Origin: Candidatus Bathyarchaeota archaeon
GTDB taxonomy: Archaea; Thermoproteota; Bathyarchaeia; Bathyarchaeales; Bathycorpusculaceae
DNA: 64,000 nucleotides
NCBI GenBank assembly: GCA_963717465.1
Contig: OY970340.1
Span: forward strand, 896,001 to 960,000
Direction: 5' to 3'
Shown: positions 53,042 through 61,249 of the stretch, piece by piece
How the letters are laid out: the number at the start of each line of letters is the position of its first letter
Numbering within the stretch: position 1 is the stretch's first letter
Notes under the pieces: model-generated
Database searches by the model: none
Told to the model about the DNA's origin: nothing
What the model saw: the letters and a program-made list of their open reading frames with translations, nothing else
Position numbers and translations under genes: made by a program

Positions 53042-54717
53042 ATGTCCATCTTGGAAACTAAAGATCTTGTCTATACGTATCCTGGTGGTCAAAAGCCATC
53101 AATCGACGGAGTCTCCATAAAAGTGAAGAAAGGAGAATTCGTTTTGATTACTGGTCCAAGTGGCTGCGGGAAAACGACTTTGTGCCGATGTTTTAACGGT
53201 TTAATTCCTCATTTTTACCAAGGCGAATTACACGGCGAAATCCAAGTAACAGGATTAAACATTACTGAACACCCTACTCAAGAATTAGCACGGCATGTTG
53301 GCTTGGTTTTTCAAAATCCAGAAAATCAACTATTCGCTTTATCCGTCGAAAAAGACGTCGCGTTTGGCATGGAAAATCTCGGCGTACCCCGAAACGAAAT
53401 GCGCGAAAGAGTTGATTGGGCATTAAACATGACTGGAATCGCTAATTTACGCGAAAGATCGCCGCATGAGGTTTCTGGGGGTCAACAGCAACGTGTTGCA
53501 ATAGCATCGGTTCTTGCCATGAAACCGGAAATAATCGTTTTAGATGAACCCACATCTTTTCTTGACCCATTAAGCGCTGAAAAAATCTTTGAAGTTATCG
53601 CTGAACTTAACAAAAAGCAAGGCATAACAGTCATTCTAGTTGAGCATAGACTAGATTTAACGGCAAAGTACACTGACCATCTGATAGTGATGAATGAGGG
53701 AAAGGTTTGCTCTAGATGGAAATCCCCGAGAAATCCTTAATTCAGAGGAAACACGCCTAATCGGCGTCGGAATACCTAAAGCAACTCTCCTCTATCAAAT
53801 GCTAAAGAAAGACGGGTTAGAACTAGGAAAAACAATCCCGTTATCTTCTGAAGAATTGGCCGACCAACTGAGGGAGGCTTTGAGAGCATTGATTGAGGTT
53901 GAAGACATCCATTTTTCTTACCCTAGTCAAGTCGAGGCGCTAAAAGGCGTTTCATTGACTATAAATGATGGTGAATTTGTTGCCATCATGGGACAAAACG
54001 GTGCTGGAAAAACAACACTCGTTAAACACTTTAATGGTTTACTCAAGCCTTCACAAGGAAGCATCCGCGTTGACGGCGTTGAAACAAAAAAATCAAGCTG
54101 TTGCAGCGTTGTCTAGAAATATCGGTTTTGTTTTTCAGAATCCAGATCATCAGTTGTTCAGCGAAACCGTCGAAGAAGAAATAGGGTTCGCACTCAAGAA
54201 TTTTGGTTTTGAGCCAGAAACCATTGAAAAACAGATAACTTGGGCTCTAAACCTATTATCGTTAACGCAGTACAGGAAGACTTCACCGTTTATGCTCAGC
54301 GGGGGCGAACGCAAACGCGTTGCACTAGCCTCAGTGTTAGCTTGGGATCCTAAAACGTTGATTTTGGATGAGCCAACCATAGGCCAGGATCATGAACAAA
54401 AAGAAAAATTAAGGCAATTTATCATTCAAATGCAAACTCAGAAAAAAACAGTTGTTATAGTTACTCATGATGTGGAATTTGTTGCCGAATGCAACCCCCG
54501 TGTAATTTTCATGAAAGAAGGAAAAATCATCGGAGACGGCATTGGAAAAGAAATGCTTACAAATCAAGAACTACTTTCGCAATCATACATTGTTTTACCG
54601 CAAATAGCCCAAGTATTCAAAGATTTATCATCTTTAGGACTTCCAAGTGATATTATCGATATTTACGAAGCCAAAGATGTAATTTTGAAGGCTCAGGAGA
54701 GAAGAAGACAAAAATGA
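53042..54717 (+). CDS. ecfA: ECF transporter ATPase(s) EcfA/A' (apparently tandem, two frameshifts)
   Basis: Two Walker A motifs (GPSGCGKT, GQNGAGKT), FQNP, SGG, LDEPT. Confidence 0.85.
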
Positions 54718-55511
54718 GCATTTTTGACGGTTTAAAATTCCGCAAAGTCTCCTCGCCTATTCATAATTTAGATCCTCGAATAAAATTCATTTATGTTATC
54801 GTAGTTTTTGTTGCTGCAATACTTTTTCCCGAGTTACTCCCGTTACTTGTTCTCTTTATAATTCAAATTCCGTTTGTTTTTATTGCTCATGTTCAAAAAC
54901 AGTGGGTTCGTTCGTTACGCGGGGCGGCGTTCTTAGCTGCTTTCATTTTCACAATCAATGTCGCTACAAGCTACTTCATAAATCCAAGTAATTTCATAGT
55001 GAATTACGCCTTATCCATCGAGAATGCAGCTGCAATGACTATGCGTTTTGTCGTGCTCGTTGAGTCTTTCTCAGTTTTCTTCTTGACAACATCCCCAGAT
55101 CATTTAGGCTTAGCATTGGAAAATTCACGCATGCCTTACGAATTCGCCTTTGCCTTTACAACAGCAGTTCGCTTCGTTCCAGTTCTCGCTGAGGAAGCCC
55201 AAACAATAATGGATGCCCAAAAAGCAAGAGGGTTAGAAATGGAGAAAGGCAATCTAATGAAAAGAATCAGAAATTACATTCCAGTGCTCATACCCTTAAT
55301 AGTCAGCGCCATTCGCAGAAGTTTAGAGCTGGCTGAAGCAATGGAGTCACGTGCCTGGGGCGCAACTAAAAAACGCACAAACTTATACATGCTTAAGCTT
55401 CACAAGGGAGATTACGCGTTAATCGCCATCACAATTGGAATTTTGGCCTCTGCTATTTACGTCTACTTATACGTGCATATCCCACTTATCAGCCACCTGC
55501 TTGGTTACTAA
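54714..55511 (+). CDS. ecfT: ECF transporter T component
   Basis: LDPRIK, RFVP, AQKARG, AMESRA. Confidence 0.92.
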   Translation: MSIFDGLKFRKVSSPIHNLDPRIKFIYVIVVFVAAILFPELLPLLVLFIIQIPFVFIAHVQKQWVRSLRGAAFLAAFIFTINVATSYFINPSNFIVNYALSIENAAAMTMRFVVLVESFSVFFLTTSPDHLGLALENSRMPYEFAFAFTTAVRFVPVLAEEAQTIMDAQKARGLEMEKGNLMKRIRNYIPVLIPLIVSAIRRSLELAEAMESRAWGATKKRTNLYMLKLHKGDYALIAITIGILASAIYVYLYVHIPLISHLLGY

Positions 55512-55662
55512 CTCACAGTTTAAATGCTGCTCGATTCTCAACAAAATTGGACTAATATTAAATATCCCTGAAGAATTTATGATAATCAGAACTAATTGAA
55601 ATAATAGCCCAAAGACCTTTAAAAAGAACAAATGAAGGCTTTCAAGAGAGGTGAATCCTAAA

Positions 55663-56682
55663 ATGAACTATAGACTTACAAAAGCTGTACCGGTACATGG
55701 ATGAAGCTGCAAGCTCCCACAGTACCAGCTGGATAAACTTCTCGTCAAAGCCGGCGTGTCAATAAAACTTGGCGGCGAGTTGTTAGCTGGACCTTGGGAG
55801 AACTCAAGCGTCATGAAAATTGCAGAAGACCTTGCTTTACTGAACACTCTGGATTTTTTCACTCCGATAGTCGACGAACCCGAGGTACAGGGCAGAATCG
55901 CAGCAAACAATGTTACCAGCGACATTTACGCGATGGGCGTATCGAAAATAGTAAACGTTTTGTCAATTATGGGCTTTCCAGAGGAAATGCCAAACAAGTT
56001 AGCTGTAGGAATGCTGAAAGGATTCGCCGATTTTTGCCGAGAAATTGGTGCGCCTCTTGTTGGTGGGCACACAATTCGAAATCCATGGCCTATTTTGGGC
56101 GGTGCGGCGACCGGTGTTGCCAGCCCAAATAAAATTGTTTATACACGAGGTGCAAAACCTGACGATTTGTTGGTTTTAACTAAACCTTTGGGAATTCAGC
56201 CTGCTATGGCGGCTTATCGAATGTGGAAAGAGAAAACAGGCAGGGAATTGCTAAGTGATATCCCGAAAAAAGTGGTTAAAGATGCAATCTCTGGGGCGAT
56301 TGAAGTAATGACATCTTCGAATAAACCTGTAGCGGAGGCAATGCAGCAGGTTCCAGTCCATGCTGCTACTGACATTACGGGTTTTGGTTTGAAGGGTCAC
56401 GCTGAAAACATGGCAAAACTTGGTCAAGTAAATATTGTATTCGATGAATTAGCAGTTATCCGTGGTACGCCTGCTTTGGCTGAGGTGCAGGGTTATCCTT
56501 TGCTTAAGGGTGATGCAAGCGAGACTGCAGGAGGCATGCTTATAGCTGTAGGCAAAGGGGATTTAGATGATTTGCTTAAAGAGTTAGAAAAACGTAAGGT
56601 TAGACACTTTGAAGTTGGCCGTGTAATGAAGGGTCAAGGTACAGTGAAAATAGGTAAGCAAGTGAAAATTTTAGAAGTTTAA
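55663..56682 (+). CDS. selD: Selenophosphate synthetase, selenoprotein (UGA-Sec at codon 14, 55702-55704)
   Basis: SD GAGGTGA plus ATG at 55663, in frame: MNYRLTKAVPVHG[TGA]SCKLP; DFFTPIVD, SDIYAMG, GGHT, TKPLG, TDITGFGL.GH. Confidence 0.93.
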
Positions 56683-56741
56683 TTTTTCGCGTTAGCATTT
56701 ATTAACATCTTAGCATAGTCAAAGAAGAGAGGAAGAAAAAA

Positions 56742-58940
56742 GTGCCAGTTTCTCGCTGCCCATATCTACTTATAATGTGCGGGTTGCCTGCTTCAGGCAA
56801 AACAACCATATGCAGAAAGGTGGCTGCGATTCTCGAGGACAAACATGGCTTACCAACTATGATAATCAGCTCTGACGATTTCAGGCGTATGGTTACGTAT
56901 TCTAGTTCGGGATTTCAGCCTGAAAAAGAGGCGGCTATTAAGCTTCTTTTTGAAAGAGCAATAAGTACTGCCTTGGAAAATTCTTTTTTAGTAATTTGCG
57001 ATGACATGAACTATTATAAGTCGATGAGGGCAGACTTAGGCAAAATCGCTAAAAACTCAAATTCAGATTACGACATTGTCTTTGTCAATACTCCTGTTGA
57101 CTTAGCGTTAAAATGGAATCAGGAGCGGGGCTTTACAGTCCCTAATTCGCTTATTGAGGAAATTAACCAAAAACTAGACGCGCCCAAAGGCGATTATAAA
57201 TGGGATACTGCAATGGCCACCGTTGATCCGAGCAAACAGAGTTTAGATGAAATGGCAAACGTAATCGTCGGCGGCATTATTAAAAGATTGGAGAATCCAG
57301 TCAGAAGTAAACCCAAAAAGATTGTCGAGGACGAAAAATCATTAAGAGCACGGGGTATCGAGAGAGAAACTCGGAAATCAATGATGGAAGTTATGACGCG
57401 GTTCAAAAATCCAGATTTGGCTATTTCCCTCTCAAAGATCCGCAAGGAAGTAGTTAAGAAAGCCTTGCTGGAAGGGGTTCAACCCACAGTTGCTGTGGAA
57501 ATGTTCCTAAGAGGTGCTGATGAAGTCACCAAAGGTTTCGCCATGCCCGAGACGAAAGGGTTGATTTCAGTCCATGTAGGCTTATTTGGTCACGTGGATC
57601 ACGGCAAAACCATGCTTGCTAGACGATTAACAGAGAAGCCTTCAACTGCAGCGTTGGATAAAGCTCCTGATTCAGCGCGGCGTGGTATGACCTTGGATAT
57701 GGGTTTCTCAGCTTTCTGGCTTGACAATTACATGGTGACACTTGTTGACCTGCCGGGGCATTTTAGCTTAATTAGGCATGCAGCTGCGGGAGCCAACATT
57801 ATCGATTCTGCAATACTTGTTGTCGCGGCGGATCTTGGCTTGCAGATTCAAAGTGTCGAGCATTTTTCAATAATTAAAAACTTGGGCATAAAGGATCTTG
57901 TCGTGGCTTTAAACAAGATTGATGCGGCTTCTCCTGACAGAATCGAGGAAGTAAAAAAGAAAATCGCGCTTATGCTGAAAGGAACACGATACGAGAACGC
58001 CAAGATAGTTGGAGTTTCAGGCTTAACAGGCGCTGGCATGGAGGAATTAAAGAATGAAATCAAGATGTCACTTAAGCCTCCCGTTAGGCAATGGGTTGGG
58101 CCTTTTAAGATGCCCATTGATCACGCATTCATAATCGCTGGAGTCGGCACCGTTTTAACTGGAACAATTCATCGTGGAAAAGTAAAACTGAAGGATACTG
58201 TTGAGATCAAGCCGATCGATAAGACTGGGCAAGTCAGGTCTTTGAGGTCTTTTGGTGAAGAAAAGGAAGAAGCAATCGCTGGTGACCGCGTTGGAATGGC
58301 TGTTAAGGATATTAAACCTGATGATGCTCACAGAGGTTTCATCGCTTGCACCCCAGGGTCAATTAAGTCTACCCAGCGTATGCTTGTAGAATTTGAAATG
58401 GACAAGTATTACAAGCGTTCGATGGAGCCCAAAAGTGGAGTAACAGCATTCGTTGGGTCCTATGAAGTGTTAGCAACTGCTACACCTGGAACACTTGAAA
58501 ACTCAAAATTCGTTGTTAAACCTTCAATCAGAGACGGAGAAAAATGCACAATTTATCTGGAACTTAAGGAGCCAGTGGTAGCGGAAAGCGGTGACCGTGT
58601 TCTACTGTTAAATACCGGGCTTCAAGCACGTGAATTCCGAATAATCGGCGGAGGAAGAATCATCGAAACAGAGAAAATACCTGAATTCTTCTCAAGAAAA
58701 GTCAAATCAGGAACCGTGAAGGAAAAGCAAACAGACAACAACTACATCATAAGCGGTTTAGCCAATGCTGAAGGCGCAGCTGTAAAGTATACGAAGAAGC
58801 AGATCACGACTGCAGCTGGCGTAAAAGGGGAAATTATCTCTCCTTCAAAATCAAGTGGAGATGTCGTTGCCACGTTTATCCAGCCGGTTCAGGTAGGCGA
58901 AAAAGTGTTTCTCGTTAAATATAAGAAACTGCAGGTTTGA
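56742..58940 (+). CDS. pstK-selB: Fused O-phosphoseryl-tRNA(Sec) kinase (PSTK) and Sec-specific elongation factor SelB
   Basis: N-terminal GLPASGKT, DDMNYYKSMR, YKWD, ERETRK; from ~aa 268 GHVDHGKT, RGMTLDMGFSAF, DLPGH, NKID, IDHAF, AGDRVG. Confidence 0.88.
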   Translation: MPVSRCPYLLIMCGLPASGKTTICRKVAAILEDKHGLPTMIISSDDFRRMVTYSSSGFQPEKEAAIKLLFERAISTALENSFLVICDDMNYYKSMRADLGKIAKNSNSDYDIVFVNTPVDLALKWNQERGFTVPNSLIEEINQKLDAPKGDYKWDTAMATVDPSKQSLDEMANVIVGGIIKRLENPVRSKPKKIVEDEKSLRARGIERETRKSMMEVMTRFKNPDLAISLSKIRKEVVKKALLEGVQPTVAVEMFLRGADEVTKGFAMPETKGLISVHVGLFGHVDHGKTMLARRLTEKPSTAALDKAPDSARRGMTLDMGFSAFWLDNYMVTLVDLPGHFSLIRHAAAGANIIDSAILVVAADLGLQIQSVEHFSIIKNLGIKDLVVALNKIDAASPDRIEEVKKKIALMLKGTRYENAKIVGVSGLTGAGMEELKNEIKMSLKPPVRQWVGPFKMPIDHAFIIAGVGTVLTGTIHRGKVKLKDTVEIKPIDKTGQVRSLRSFGEEKEEAIAGDRVGMAVKDIKPDDAHRGFIACTPGSIKSTQRMLVEFEMDKYYKRSMEPKSGVTAFVGSYEVLATATPGTLENSKFVVKPSIRDGEKCTIYLELKEPVVAESGDRVLLLNTGLQAREFRIIGGGRIIETEKIPEFFSRKVKSGTVKEKQTDNNYIISGLANAEGAAVKYTKKQITTAAGVKGEIISPSKSSGDVVATFIQPVQVGEKVFLVKYKKLQV

Positions 58941-59818
58941 GCGTTAAAGACTTGACTGAACGTACACGTTTTGGTCCAGCCGGTGTTCCTCCACCTTTTC
59001 GGATTCTTAGAGCCAAGTTATCGGATGTTCCTGGGCTTCTGCGGGAAGAGGGTCTTGATGCGTTTGAGTATCAAGCTTCACGTTGGGGTGCGACACCGCA
59101 AATCAAACAAGAGGATGCTGAGAAATTGGGCCTTGAAGCAAAGAAAAACGATGTCAAGCTCAGCGTTCATGGGTCCTACTTCATTAACCTATCTGGAAAA
59201 GATGATATCGTTGAAGCAAGCAAGCAACGTTTGATTGCTGGTGCAACCGCGGCGCAGTGGATGGGAGCATACGTCGTTGTTTTTCACTTGGGTTTTTATG
59301 GCCGATTTGAAAAGAGTTTTGCCTTCAAAAACTGCGTAACCGCTTTGAAAGACGTAAGTCAAACCTTAAAGAGTCTAGGAATCAAGGTGAAGCTCGGTCC
59401 AGAGACGATGGGCAGAAAATTTCAAGTCGGATCACTTGACGAAATATTAACGATTTGCCAAGAAGTTGAAGGCACACAGTTGGTTATTGATTGGGGCCAT
59501 CTCCATGCGAGAAATCAGGGCGCATTCAAAAAAATTGAGGATTTCCGATCAGCCGTTGAAAAAGTTGAGTACCAACTCGGAACAGAAGCGATAAAGAATA
59601 TGCACTGTCACTTCTCTAAAATCGAGTTCTCCAGCCAAGGAGAAAAGAGGCATCGAACATTGGAGGAAAAAAGGTATGGCCCAGACTTTGCGTTGCTTGC
59701 TCAAGTGATTGCGGATTTTAATTTGTATCCGACTTTGATTTGTGAAACGCCTCTTTTGGATATTGACGCAGTTAAAATGCGAGAAATTTATGATGGCGTA
59801 CTGAAAGGAAAAATGTAA
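58937..59818 (+). CDS. nfo: Endonuclease IV-family AP endonuclease
   Basis: RFGPAG, HGSYFINL, ETMGR..QVG, DWGHLHAR, HCHFS, ICETP. Confidence 0.9.
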   Translation: MSVKDLTERTRFGPAGVPPPFRILRAKLSDVPGLLREEGLDAFEYQASRWGATPQIKQEDAEKLGLEAKKNDVKLSVHGSYFINLSGKDDIVEASKQRLIAGATAAQWMGAYVVVFHLGFYGRFEKSFAFKNCVTALKDVSQTLKSLGIKVKLGPETMGRKFQVGSLDEILTICQEVEGTQLVIDWGHLHARNQGAFKKIEDFRSAVEKVEYQLGTEAIKNMHCHFSKIEFSSQGEKRHRTLEEKRYGPDFALLAQVIADFNLYPTLICETPLLDIDAVKMREIYDGVLKGKM

Positions 59819-60082
59819 AAATAATCGTTGTCCTTTAGTTTAATGGTCTCAGCAGCAAGCTTGAAAATAAGCAATCCCTACAAAATCAATATCTTATTTT
59901 TGGCTCGACTGGAACTATCGCCTTACTGGCAAAAGCCTGACGACTTCATAGGCTTGTGCAGTTGAGGGATACTGAGAAGCGCTTTAATTTCGGCGCACCT
60001 TTAAAATATTAATTTAAAACAAGCAGCTAAGTAATTGCTCGTTCATAACTTTAATAGCTTTAGTTTCTTGGATTAAGTTAGG

Positions 60083-61012
60083 TTAATTCAAGAGTGTTTT
60101 CAATATTTTTGATTTTATTTCTCTGTTCGTGCGCAACTGCCAGATGGAAAGTATCTCAATTATCGATAGGGCAACAACCACATAAACGGAAATCCAATCA
60201 TATCCATACATCTGAGAAACAATATTGCCATTTGTTTCTTTTTGTAGAAAGGTGAATCCGATGTTATAATAGAAGAAAAATGGCAAATTTGTTATCGTAA
60301 TAAAAGCAATCGAACCGGCGATGAATTGCCATAAGCCCTTCCTATTATACCATAAAAGTAGGGGTAACGCAATAAGCGAACCACGAGGGTCAAATGCACT
60401 TAAGGCAAAGAAAATTGCTGAGGACCAAGGCTTTTTAGCAAAACCAAAGTAGAATGCGCCCACTATGAAAGCCGCTTGAATTACGTGTGCATTTCCCAAA
60501 GCATACCCGTCGTAGTAAAGTGGGCACAGTGAATGAAAAAATATGGAGAGAGAATTATATTCGTTAGGGGTTATAGGAAAGCCTGGCACTGGTGCAACTA
60601 TGACTAGAAAGGTTGCAACTGCACCTAGAATGAGGCTCTTATCTTTTACAAGCTTGTAAACAAAGAAAGCTAAAACAAAAATAGAGGCAGCCTGCAACAG
60701 ATCAAAAGCTGTAAAAGCATTCTGATAGCTAAATGCTAAAAAAGGTGAAAACCACAAGAAAAATGACGGTGCGTACTTGAAGACTTGAGGCGTTGGAGTT
60801 ATCGGATAGTCACCAGGATAAAACCCGGCATCATAGATAGCCGTTGGGTTATGAAACAGCCTCCATGCACCAATGTAATATGCTGAAAAATCTCGCGCTA
60901 GCTCCGTTGACATGGGACTAAAAGTTACAGGGTAAGCAATAATGAACGATAATATGTTTATCGTTAAAGCTATGATAATTACTGAAATTATCAGCAACTT
61001 TTTAGGAAGCAT
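60083..61012 (-). CDS. Membrane GT-C glycosyltransferase (GT87/DUF2029-like)
   Basis: RDFSAYY, FKYAP, GN motif, many TM helices. Confidence 0.7.
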   Translation of the reverse strand: MLPKKLLIISVIIIALTINILSFIIAYPVTFSPMSTELARDFSAYYIGAWRLFHNPTAIYDAGFYPGDYPITPTPQVFKYAPSFFLWFSPFLAFSYQNAFTAFDLLQAASIFVLAFFVYKLVKDKSLILGAVATFLVIVAPVPGFPITPNEYNSLSIFFHSLCPLYYDGYALGNAHVIQAAFIVGAFYFGFAKKPWSSAIFFALSAFDPRGSLIALPLLLWYNRKGLWQFIAGSIAFITITNLPFFFYYNIGFTFLQKETNGNIVSQMYGYDWISVYVVVALSIIEILSIWQLRTNREIKSKILKTLLN

Positions 61013-61249
61013 TTGCCCTCTCCCTTTCTGATCAACATGATTTTTGGTAGCTATCAAGCTAAATTTTGGCTGTTGCCGGAAACGCTATTTCCGGTAACAT
61101 ATGCTTTAATGGAACATAACAAAAATATAATTTAAACCCTTTTCATGCCGACCCGTCTGCTCGGCGACCTCGCAGACTGCCGCAACGAGGGATACTTTGA
61201 AGCGCTTTTAAATCCTACACATTTCAAAATAATTGACGAGTAAGTAATA

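Noticed and set aside
55705..55730. Bacterial-type SECIS right after the selD UGA (AGCTG...CAGCT)
   Set aside because: Only a 5-bp stem with a large loop, and this SelB lacks the bacterial winged-helix SECIS-binding domain. Too weak to call.
59900..59952. Fluoride (crcB) riboswitch resemblance (CTGACGACTTC)
   Set aside because: The 5' GGnGAUGG...CC element and pseudoknot partner are missing, and no same-strand gene follows.
59936..59956. CTTCATA as a tRNA-Sec (UCA) anticodon loop
   Set aside because: No anticodon stem directly closes the loop, and there is no T-arm, long variable arm or acceptor stem. I found no tRNA-Sec in the window.
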